A stretch of DNA of 36,608 nucleotides from Promethearchaeota archaeon (GTDB lineage: Archaea > Asgardarchaeota > Lokiarchaeia > Sigyniarchaeales > SOKP01), in assembly GCA_030610785.1 (NCBI GenBank), contig JAUWRB010000002.1, positions 1 through 36,608 on the forward strand. The letters are read 5' to 3'. Below the pieces are notes generated by a model, which worked only from the letters and a program-made list of their open reading frames with translations, had not been told where the DNA came from and did no database searches. This document shows, piece by piece, positions 26,471 through 34,308 of this stretch. A program made the translations under genes and the position numbers. How positions within the stretch are numbered: the stretch's first letter is position 1; each line of letters opens with the position of its first letter.

Positions 26471-26899
26471 ATGACAACAATAAATCCTGTTGCGTATTGC
26501 AACCATTGTAAGCAAAATGTTCTTCTTAAACGGCAAGATATCGACATGTGTTTAGCGATTATCTTATTAATCTTTACGGCGGGAATTGGATTATTGGTTT
26601 ATTTAGTTCTACATTATTCGAAACCTGAAAACCGGTGCGTGCATTGCGGTTCAATATGTCAGGTGGTAATATCAAACCAATATCCCCCATCAAGCGACCA
26701 ATTACCTTATCAGCAACAAGATCAGAGTAATCAAATTCCATACCAACCTCAGGGTCAAATTCAAAGTAGACAAGAAAAAATACAAGCCGATACTATCATG
26801 GAAGTAAAAGGAGCCGGCGCACTATATTGTCCTTTATGTGGAGAGAAATTGGATAATCCGGGAGTTAAATTTTGCCCTAGCTGCGGTTCAAAAGTATAA
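26471..26899 (+). CDS. membrane-anchored double zinc-ribbon protein with a Q/P-rich linker
   Basis: C10-x2-C13, then a hydrophobic stretch of about 25 aa (CLAIILLIFTAGIGLLVYLVLHY), then C56-x2-C59. A linker follows (PPSSDQLPYQQQDQSNQIPYQPQGQIQ). The C-terminus carries the classical zinc ribbon CPLCGEKLDNPGVKFCPSCGSKV. Confidence 0.55.
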   Translation: MTTINPVAYCNHCKQNVLLKRQDIDMCLAIILLIFTAGIGLLVYLVLHYSKPENRCVHCGSICQVVISNQYPPSSDQLPYQQQDQSNQIPYQPQGQIQSRQEKIQADTIMEVKGAGALYCPLCGEKLDNPGVKFCPSCGSKV

Positions 26900-26964
26900 G
26901 GAGTTATTATTAAAGAATAAGAATTTATTTTTAACACTATTTTGGTAATATTTCCAAAGAAATA

Positions 26965-27873
26965 TTACATTTTTTCTTTTTTTAGAATCTTCATGAAATC
27001 GTAAAAATAATTATAGGAATATTTAAAGTGGTCATCATTTTTGGAATAATTGAATCCTTGAATGAATAATTTATTAAACCCTTCGGTATCTTTATTTTTA
27101 ATTATCTTTTTATACTCAATAATTAATTTTTCAAGCATATCTAGAATTTCATGAAACTCTTGATTTTCCATTTGAATTTCCCCAAACATTTCCATCTCTC
27201 TTTGAATAATACTTTCAGCAAATACCTTTTGCAATAGAAATGTTGTTCCTGTATATCTCGTTAATTCAGATAAGGATTCGTCTGACCTTTTAAGTAAATT
27301 TAAAAAGAGAATGTTTAACATGTGAGGTAATCCTAATGTTAAAGCAACCCTTAAATCGTGCGTTTTTGGATTCGTTTCCGTAATATTTAATCCCTCTTCT
27401 TTAAATAATGCGATTAAATCGTTGATTTTATCGTTATATTGCTTTGTTCCGCCTACTCTTAACAAGATCATCACATAGTTTTTCATATCTTTTATTCCCG
27501 GGCCGAACATTGGATGTAATGACACGCAATTTATTGGATACTTATCACATGCATTGCTTAATTCCTTATAAACAGCATTTTTTAAAGATGTAACATCAAA
27601 AATGAGGGCATTTTTTTTCATGAGGGGGGTAACTGTTTTTATCATCTCAGGAGTAGATTTAATTGGTATTGAAACCATTACAATATCTGCGTCCTCAACA
27701 CTTTTTTTCAAATCCAGTTCATATTTTACTCCTAATTGCTCAGCGGCTTTTTTCAATCTCTCTTCATTTCGCGCTAAAAGCGTGATTTCAAAACCTTTTT
27801 TCTTGAAAAATTTTCCAAATACCTTTCCAAGGCCTCCAGAACCCCCAATAATTAGTATTTTTTTACCTAACAT
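26965..27873 (-). CDS. tyrA: prephenate dehydrogenase
   Basis: NAD fold ILIIGGSGGLGKVFG and the family motif SLHPMFGP. It abuts aroE, with the stop and start sharing nt 27873. Confidence 0.75.
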   Translation of the reverse strand: MLGKKILIIGGSGGLGKVFGKFFKKKGFEITLLARNEERLKKAAEQLGVKYELDLKKSVEDADIVMVSIPIKSTPEMIKTVTPLMKKNALIFDVTSLKNAVYKELSNACDKYPINCVSLHPMFGPGIKDMKNYVMILLRVGGTKQYNDKINDLIALFKEEGLNITETNPKTHDLRVALTLGLPHMLNILFLNLLKRSDESLSELTRYTGTTFLLQKVFAESIIQREMEMFGEIQMENQEFHEILDMLEKLIIEYKKIIKNKDTEGFNKLFIQGFNYSKNDDHFKYSYNYFYDFMKILKKEKM

Positions 27874-28739
27874 TATTTTATCCCTAAATATTCAATTATA
27901 GTATTTTTCATTAACTCTCTATTTGGAGATTTACCCGTCCACCATTCGAATGCTAAAGCACCTTGGTTAACGAGCATGTCTAAACCGCCAAGTGTTTGAC
28001 ATCCCATTTCTTTTGCGGCTTTCATTAGTCTTGTTTCTAATGGGTTATAAATAACATCAAAAACAAAAAGTTCGGGACGTAAAAAGTCTTTTGGAACGGG
28101 AACATCATGGATATTAGGGTACATTCCTATTGGTGTAGTGTTAATTAAAACATCTGCTTTTTTAAGCTCATTTTTTAAAACGGTTTTACTATTATTCTTT
28201 CCTTTAATCTCAGCATCTAAATGTTTCTTGACATCTTCAGCCAATTTTATTGCCCTTTCTTCAGTTCTATTTGCGATTACAATATGATTAGAATCTTTCG
28301 CTAAGCTATAACATAACGCTCTCGCAGCACCGCCTGCTCCCAAAATTAAAATATTTTTTCCAGAGACCTTGCACCCAGCATCCAGTAATGATTTTTTTCC
28401 ACCATCTGCGTCAGTATTTCTCCCTATTAAAGATCCGTTATCGTTTTTTATCGTATTAACCGCTCCTATTTGAAAAGCGAGAGGATCGATATCGTCAATA
28501 TAATTAATAATTTTTTCTTTATGTGGAATTGTTACATTAATTCCCTTAATATTCAACGCTCTCATGCCATTGATTGCTTTTTCTAAATTATCCGGATGAA
28601 CATCATGAGCAATATAAACATAATCAAGCCCTAGCTTTTTAATTGCTGCCATATGCATGATAGGTGAAAAACTATGTTCAACGGGATGCCCAATTAAACA
28701 AAATGTTTTAGTATGTGCCGTAATCTTTTTTTCTGACAT
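27873..28739 (-). CDS. aroE: shikimate 5-dehydrogenase
   Basis: LIGHPVEHSFSPIMHMAA, NVTIPHKE, NTDADG and LGAGGAARA. Confidence 0.9.
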   Translation of the reverse strand: MSEKKITAHTKTFCLIGHPVEHSFSPIMHMAAIKKLGLDYVYIAHDVHPDNLEKAINGMRALNIKGINVTIPHKEKIINYIDDIDPLAFQIGAVNTIKNDNGSLIGRNTDADGGKKSLLDAGCKVSGKNILILGAGGAARALCYSLAKDSNHIVIANRTEERAIKLAEDVKKHLDAEIKGKNNSKTVLKNELKKADVLINTTPIGMYPNIHDVPVPKDFLRPELFVFDVIYNPLETRLMKAAKEMGCQTLGGLDMLVNQGALAFEWWTGKSPNRELMKNTIIEYLGIK

Positions 28740-28790
28740 TATCTATAAATAATAATAATAATTATTAAAAAAAGTTAATTTAACTAGAAT

Positions 28791-29756
28791 TTAATATTTA
28801 GATGGAATTTGGGAAAGTCCTAACATTTTACGTGCTTGTGCTGGAGTTGCCACTTCACGATTTAATTCTTTAATTATGCGGGCAGCACGTTCTACCAATT
28901 GAGCATTACTTTTTACTAACTCACCATATTTATAGTAGATGTTATCTTCTAAGCCAACTCTCACATGTCCGCCTAAGAGTATAGCAAGCGTATTCATTGG
29001 TAATTGGTGTGAACCAATTCCTGAACATAGCCAGATAGAATCTTCTGGTAACTCCTTTAAAAGCTGAATAACATTTTCCACAGTTGGATAGCTTGAAGTT
29101 TGATATCCCATTACAGTTTGAATCCAATATGGTTTGTCGATTTATCTTTGTTGGATTAAATCATTGATTACCCAAGCTCCACCTGGATGATATGTTTCCA
29201 TTTCTGGCTTAATACTTCTTTTTTTCATTTCCCTTGCAAAATAACTTATATTTTCGTAAGAAAATCCGACCGTATCGTTGAACTCAAGTTTGGGATGAGG
29301 ATGTTTTAGTGGTGGTTTTCGTTCTTTTACTACAAATTTACTCATATCAGGTACTAAATTTAAAGAAGCTACTTCAGGATTAGCATCTAGGCAAGAAAGT
29401 CTATCCTCCATTGTTGAATCAACTCCCCCGCCTGTCGTGTTGTTAATGATAATATCAGGACATCTTGAGCGAACTTTTGAGTTTACTTCGAGCCAGGTTT
29501 CTGTTTTTATTGCCCCTCCCCATAATTTATCAGGATTTCTTGCATGTATGTGAACCATTGAAGCACCTGCCTTGTACGCTTCAAAAGCAGATTCAGCAAT
29601 TTCATCAGGAATTTCGGGTATGGCGGGATTTGTTTCTTTTCCTTGAACACCACCATTGACAGCAACAACTATGATACAAGGCGGCATTTTAATAACCCTT
29701 TCCAAATACTCGTAAGTATCACTATATTTCCATATATGTTCTTTAAAACCATTCAT
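28791..29756 (-). pseudogene. BKACE-family (3-keto-5-aminohexanoate cleavage enzyme-like, DUF849) gene interrupted by a single in-frame TAA
   Basis: ORFs 29142-29756 and 28791-29111 are in the same frame. They are separated only by TAA at 29142-29144 (...VINDLIQQR*IDKPYWIQTVMGYQ...). N-terminal motifs are IIVVAVNGGV and AGASMVHIHARNPD; the C-terminal motif is LGGHVRVGLEDNIYY. Together they make a normal-length protein of about 320 aa. Confidence 0.7.
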
Positions 29757-29813
29757 TATGAATTCTAAAATAGTTTTTAATTAAAAAAAATTTGGAGTGT
29801 TTTTTAGAAGTTT

Positions 29814-30016
29814 TTAAAACCGAACATTCTTACAATGATCGCCATGGTTATGAGTTATTAGAATTATATCTGCTTTATCCAAATCCTTTTCTGGTAGCCC
29901 ATCAATTGGATCAGGCCATTTACTAAATTCCACTTTTTTTGGATAATTAATACATAATTATTTAGTTGAAATGCTGTATGTGCAAACCATTGAATAGTGA
30001 TTATTATTATATTCAC
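29814..30016 (-). pseudogene. 5' stub of a metallo-beta-lactamase-fold hydrolase gene (frameshifted and truncated)
   Basis: The minus-strand reading from GTG (30016) gives NIIIITIQWFAHTAFQLNNYVLII. After a frame change at the A7 run (plus-strand T7 at 29934-29940) it continues KKVEFSKWPDPIDGLPEKDLDKADIILITHNHGDHCKNVRF*. The H-x-H-x-D-H motif is present, but the ORF stops 6 codons later, leaving about 65 of an expected 200 or more aa. Confidence 0.55.
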
Positions 30017-30032
30017 ATTGTGTAAATATTTA

Positions 30033-30806
30033 TTATGTCTGATTTATTATTCCAAGAATTTGTTTTCTAGTTGTATGTTTATATAATAAGATCTCTCCAT
30101 TACATACGATACAATAAGTTCCATAGGGGTAAATTCCATTCTGTTGAGCCGCTTTACAATCGTTTAATTTAATCGCATTTATCGAATTTTTCTTACCTTT
30201 ACAATCTTCTTTCAATTCATCCACAAAATCTATTATGTAAGGGCATTGATCAGTATATAATATAGCTACTCCTTTATCATATTCTTTTTTCTTGTCATCC
30301 GAAATAGGATAAAATTTCGGCATTGGTGCTTCATCTGAAAATATTTTAGCATATAATTCAAAATAAGGTTCCATCTCATTTACTTTTTCGAATCCATGGT
30401 TCAAATATAATTTTTTATTCGGTAACCAGCCTCCCTTATCTGCAGTCATTCCTACAACCCCATGCATCCCTGCTTCTTTTGCATCCTTAATAGCATATTC
30501 TAAAAGTTGGGAACCATACCCTTTTTTCTTTTGCTTACCAACTACCCATAAACAATGGATAACCATCCAACCATCGGCTTGAATTCCACGCCAATTATAC
30601 TCACCAGGTATATATTCAATCATACCCCTTGATGTTTCTTTATTATTATCTTTTACTATTAATAACTTATACTTTAATCCTTCTTTAAACCGTTCTTTTA
30701 TCCATTTCACTTTATTTTGATAACCTGCTAATTTCTTTTTAGTTTTTTTACAAAATAATTCTTGCTCATCAATATTTTTTTTATTAATATCAATAATTTT
30801 TACCAT
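30033..30806 (-). CDS. GNAT-family N-acetyltransferase with a C-terminal YoaP-like Cys-containing domain
   Basis: Acetyl-CoA motif KKKGYGSQLLEYAIKDAKEAGMHGV. The C-terminal ~90 aa contain DQCPY...YCIVCNG, as in two-domain YoaP-type proteins. Confidence 0.7.
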   Translation of the reverse strand: MVKIIDINKKNIDEQELFCKKTKKKLAGYQNKVKWIKERFKEGLKYKLLIVKDNNKETSRGMIEYIPGEYNWRGIQADGWMVIHCLWVVGKQKKKGYGSQLLEYAIKDAKEAGMHGVVGMTADKGGWLPNKKLYLNHGFEKVNEMEPYFELYAKIFSDEAPMPKFYPISDDKKKEYDKGVAILYTDQCPYIIDFVDELKEDCKGKKNSINAIKLNDCKAAQQNGIYPYGTYCIVCNGEILLYKHTTRKQILGIINQT

Positions 30807-30835
30807 TATTTCACCTCTTTTTTAATAATTATAAG

Positions 30836-30847
30836 AAAAAAAAAAAA
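30836..30847 (-). terminator. oligo-T tract (T12 on the minus strand) after the trmO-like gene
   Basis: The plus-strand A12 run at 30836-30847 lies 35 nt downstream (minus sense) of the stop at 30882-30884. Confidence 0.3.
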
Positions 30848-30881
30848 TTATTTTTTAAATTTACAACTCTCCCCTCTTTTC

Positions 30882-31394
30882 TTATTCATAATCATCAAAA
30901 AACCCTTGCTCTTCCCACCAAGTAATTCCATCTTCCATCCATTCAGGCCAATCTTTTAACCATGGAGCGATATGACAATCTCTTACACGATCGCAAATTG
31001 GAAAGTATGCTTTAAGATCAATAATAGGTGTTCCATTAAAAGCATCTATTCCAGGAATCTTAACAATTCCTTTCTTATCATTAACTTCCAAAATGCCAGT
31101 TGTAGTAAGAGCTATTGGATTTGGTCTATACTCTGCTCTTGTAGCGAAAATTCCAGTTTCTTGTGGATTATCTCCATAGGGTGGTGTTGTAGTCCATTTG
31201 GTCTGGCTGCGTATTTCTTCAACATCGTTCTTATGAGCCCACCAAAAAACCATTACGTGACTGAATTTATCTAATTGTTTTAAAGCCGATCGATAAGGTT
31301 CCTTAATATCTAAAAAATAATCTGCTTCTTTAGGATCATCTCCTTCAACTCGAATATATCCTATCGGCATGATTTTAAACTCTTCTTTTTTCAT
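30882..31394 (-). CDS. trmO: TsaA/YaeB-family tRNA (t6A37) methyltransferase TrmO-like protein with a Trp/acidic C-terminal tail
   Basis: FKIMPIGYIR, FSHVMVFWWAH, GIFATRAEYRPNPIALT and GTPIIDLKAY match the family beta-barrel motifs. Confidence 0.75.
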   Translation of the reverse strand: MKKEEFKIMPIGYIRVEGDDPKEADYFLDIKEPYRSALKQLDKFSHVMVFWWAHKNDVEEIRSQTKWTTTPPYGDNPQETGIFATRAEYRPNPIALTTTGILEVNDKKGIVKIPGIDAFNGTPIIDLKAYFPICDRVRDCHIAPWLKDWPEWMEDGITWWEEQGFFDDYE

Positions 31395-31544
31395 ATAAAT
31401 TTACCATTTTCAGTTGGTGAATTCTATAAAAACATATTAGTATTTAAATTATATGAATATATACCTAAAAAAAATGAATAAACTTTAATACTCGAAAAGT
31501 TATATTTTTATTAAGATAAGGAAATTTATTAAAATTCAAACAAA

Positions 31545-32051
31545 TTGGAACCGAAAATAATAGAAGAAAAGATATTTAGGCTCTTAGGATGTGTATATTA
31601 TGGAAATCCATTTCATACTCATGGACCTTGGAGCAATGAAAACGAAATAGGAAACACATGGAGTCGTTTTTGGAATTTACATGAAAAATATAAAGATTTC
31701 CTTGATAAAATCCGTGCTGGAGATGAGATTGGATATGAAATCCATATCGAACCAGAAGATTATAATAAGAAAAGAAAGTTCCATCTATTTGTAGGTATAG
31801 AGGTTAGCAGTTATGATTTTTTTCCTTTAGAATTTTATAGCAAGATATTACCTAAAACTGAATACCTTTTTTTCACATCTGGATATAAAGGTGAAGGAAC
31901 AGAATCTATTTTTATAGATTGGCTTCCTAAATCTAAATATGAACAATCTTATCCATATATTATGCAATCATATTCCCCAAAAAGATGGAAAGGTATAAAA
32001 AATCCTGAATCTCTAATGGATTGGTATATTCCTATTAAAGAAAAAAAGTGA
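31545..32051 (+). CDS. GyrI-like / AraC-effector-binding-type small-molecule-binding domain protein
   Basis: TTG start and about 165 aa. The pattern follows the duplicated beta-alpha-beta-beta GyrI-like architecture (LLGCVYYG...YEIHIEP...FHLFVGIEV...LPKTEYLFFTSGYKGEG...IDWLP). It is followed after 10 nt by an ArsR-type regulator gene. Confidence 0.5.
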   Translation: MEPKIIEEKIFRLLGCVYYGNPFHTHGPWSNENEIGNTWSRFWNLHEKYKDFLDKIRAGDEIGYEIHIEPEDYNKKRKFHLFVGIEVSSYDFFPLEFYSKILPKTEYLFFTSGYKGEGTESIFIDWLPKSKYEQSYPYIMQSYSPKRWKGIKNPESLMDWYIPIKEKK

Positions 32052-32061
32052 GTGAAATGAA

Positions 32062-32448
32062 ATGATATCCGAAAATATTTATGATGATTTAATAGAATCT
32101 TTAAAGGAGTCTTTCTCAGATATAACTTCAATATTAAAATGTTTAGGAAACGATAAACGAATGATGATACTTGTAATATTACTTAAAGGTTCACAATCAT
32201 ATGGTTATATTGTAGAAAAAATAAATCTGAGGAAAACGGCTGTATCAAATCATCTTTCACAGTTACTTGAAGTAAACTTAATTAAAAAAGGAAATTACGG
32301 GATCTATAACATAACTGGAGATGGTATTGAATTTATCAAAGCCATCAAAAATGCTTATCAAAAGTCACCTACAAGACAGAGAAAAAAATTTGAAGCCTTG
32401 CAAAGAAGGGGTGTTTCTCCCTCGTTCTTAAATAGATTTAGTCAATAG
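32062..32448 (+). CDS. ArsR/SmtB-family winged-helix transcriptional regulator
   Basis: LKCLGNDKRMMILVILLKGSQSYGYIVEKINLRKTAVSNHLSQLLEVNLIKK fits the ArsR HTH layout. A basic C-terminal tail follows. Confidence 0.7.
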   Translation: MISENIYDDLIESLKESFSDITSILKCLGNDKRMMILVILLKGSQSYGYIVEKINLRKTAVSNHLSQLLEVNLIKKGNYGIYNITGDGIEFIKAIKNAYQKSPTRQRKKFEALQRRGVSPSFLNRFSQ

Positions 32449-32568
32449 AATCTTTTGTTGTATTTTTTTTTAGAAGGATATAAGGCTAAATAACTTAACA
32501 TAATAAGTAATTTATAAGAATTTTATATAATAATAATAATAAAATAATAATTAATTATATTATTAAAC

Positions 32569-33099
32569 ATGACAAAAGATTGCATTGCTTTAATAGGCTT
32601 CATGGCCACCGGAAAAACTGCAGTAGGTAAGCTGTTAGCAGAATATTTAGGTAGAGATTATAAATTCATAGAAATAGATAAAATAATTATCGATGATGCA
32701 GGAAAATCCATCCCCCAAATATTTTCCGAAGATGGCGAGATAAGATTTAGAGAATATGAAATTGTTGCCTGTAAAAAAGCATCCAAATTAGATAAAGTCG
32801 TAATTTCTTGCGGAGGAGGGGTTGTTCTAAACAAAATCAATATCGATTATTTAAAACAAAGTTGTCATATTGTGTTATTACAAGCGAGTGCAGAAGAAAT
32901 TTATAAAAGAGTAATAAAAAATGGAAAAGAAACAAGGCCTTTAATCGCTAAAGAAGATCCAAAAGCGGAAATTAAAAAAGTTCTAAAGTTTAGAGAACCA
33001 TTTTATAGAGCTGCTGCAGAATTAACAATAAAAGCAACGGAAAAAAAGTTAGAGGATATCGTTATAGAAATTATTGAAAAAACTAAAATTAAAGCTTAA
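32569..33099 (+). CDS. aroK: shikimate kinase, bacterial AroK/AroL (P-loop NMP-kinase) type
   Basis: Walker A LIGFMATGKTAVGK. IEIDKIIIDDAGKSIPQIFSEDGEIRFREYE matches D.D..I....G.sI..iF...GE..FR..E. Also present are SCGGGVV, ETRPLI and REPFYRAAA. Confidence 0.85.
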   Translation: MTKDCIALIGFMATGKTAVGKLLAEYLGRDYKFIEIDKIIIDDAGKSIPQIFSEDGEIRFREYEIVACKKASKLDKVVISCGGGVVLNKINIDYLKQSCHIVLLQASAEEIYKRVIKNGKETRPLIAKEDPKAEIKKVLKFREPFYRAAAELTIKATEKKLEDIVIEIIEKTKIKA

Positions 33100-33114
33100 T
33101 TTTCTTTCTTATTA

Positions 33115-33966
33115 ATGTCAATTACTAAGGATTTTATCAAAATTATAAAAAAAGTTTCCGAAACTATTAATTTACCCCCAATTCAAGAGATATTTGTACC
33201 TCCTGCTCTTAACACGAAAAGAGACTCAAAAAAATCGAATTTTGGAGCAATCAGGTTAGAAGATGGAACGATAGGACTTGTATTTTTGAATCTTACTCCT
33301 AAAATTCGAGAACTTGCATCACAATTGAATGTCGACCAATTTATAGGCGTGAATCCAGCCGAATTAGCCAACGAATTTGGATCCTCAGATAATCTCAAAA
33401 AAATGCTTGGATTAGGGGCAATTAATTCAATTAGTCAGCATATTTTTAAAAGATCGGAATTTCCATTAAATTTTACAACTGATTCTCTCGGGTTATTAAA
33501 TTTAAAGGCACAAGATCGTGTTGGAATGGTTGGTTTCTTTCCTCCATTGGTAAAAAAAATAGAAACGATTGGTATTCCGCTCATAGTAATTGAGAAGAAA
33601 ACTTATCTTATAAAAAAAACGGAAAAATGGGAAGTAACTTTAGAGCCAAGTCGATTAAGAGAGTGTAATAAGGTTCTTTGTACAAGCACTGCAGTTTTAA
33701 ACGATTCTATTGACGAAATATTACGATATTGTTCTAAGGCAGAAAAAATTTCAATTATCGGTCCTACAGCGGGTTTTATTCCTGATCCTTTATTCACGCG
33801 GGGTGTAGATATTGTTGGAAGTACATTTATTAATAATACTTCTCTTTTTATGGAATTAATCCGTCAAAAAAAGAGATGGGGGAGCGCCACAAGAAAATAT
33901 TGTATCCAGAAAAGAAATTATCCTGGAATTGACCTATTATTGAATCAAATTTCACGCAAAGAATGA
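33115..33966 (+). CDS. DUF364/DUF4213-type protein (putative Rossmann-like metal-chelation domain family)
   Basis: The C-terminal half reads QDRVGMVGFFPPL...IVIEKK...CNKVLCTSTAVLNDSIDEIL...ISIIGPTAGFIPDPLFTRGVDIVGST. This matches the layout I remember for DUF364 proteins. The function is unknown. Confidence 0.55.
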   Translation: MSITKDFIKIIKKVSETINLPPIQEIFVPPALNTKRDSKKSNFGAIRLEDGTIGLVFLNLTPKIRELASQLNVDQFIGVNPAELANEFGSSDNLKKMLGLGAINSISQHIFKRSEFPLNFTTDSLGLLNLKAQDRVGMVGFFPPLVKKIETIGIPLIVIEKKTYLIKKTEKWEVTLEPSRLRECNKVLCTSTAVLNDSIDEILRYCSKAEKISIIGPTAGFIPDPLFTRGVDIVGSTFINNTSLFMELIRQKKRWGSATRKYCIQKRNYPGIDLLLNQISRKE

Positions 33967-34069
33967 AGTTTTTGTGGAATGTTTCATTAAAGTAACTATT
34001 CTAAAACCTAAATTTAAATTACTTAACTCTTATCTTTATATAAAAAAAGATAATTTTTTAAAACTAATA

Positions 34070-34240
34070 ATGTCAGATTATAAAAGAAATAAATGCCCAA
34101 AATGCGGTAATGAGAATCCACGAAAGATACATGAGGAGCCTGATAAAAGAGTTGTACTTTATTATAGCATGCAGGGAATGCCTGTATATAAAATGCAACT
34201 TAAATGCGGAGAATGTGGAAACATATTTGATAAAGGCTAA
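34070..34240 (+). CDS. small (56 aa) zinc-ribbon protein
   Basis: ATG at 34070 gives MSDYKRNKCPKCGNE...KCGECGNIFDKG, with two CxxC knuckles. The longer track ORF from GTG 33974 adds only low-complexity residues. Confidence 0.5.
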   Translation: MSDYKRNKCPKCGNENPRKIHEEPDKRVVLYYSMQGMPVYKMQLKCGECGNIFDKG

Positions 34241-34308
34241 TCATTCATTTTTTATATTATATTTTTTAGATTTCTTAAATGACTTTTAGCATGTTGATAA
34301 TAATCATC

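Noticed and set aside
29142-29144. In-frame TAA in the BKACE gene as programmed readthrough or recoding.
   Set aside because: Known archaeal recoding involves TGA (Sec) or TAG (Pyl), not TAA. No downstream structure was evident. It is treated as a nonsense mutation or sequencing error.
33974-34069. The GTG-initiated N-terminal 32 codons of track ORF 33974-34240.
   Set aside because: The translation (MECFIKVTILKPKFKLLNSYLYIKKDNFLKLI) looks like translated AT-rich spacer. The zinc-ribbon protein starts naturally at ATG 34070.
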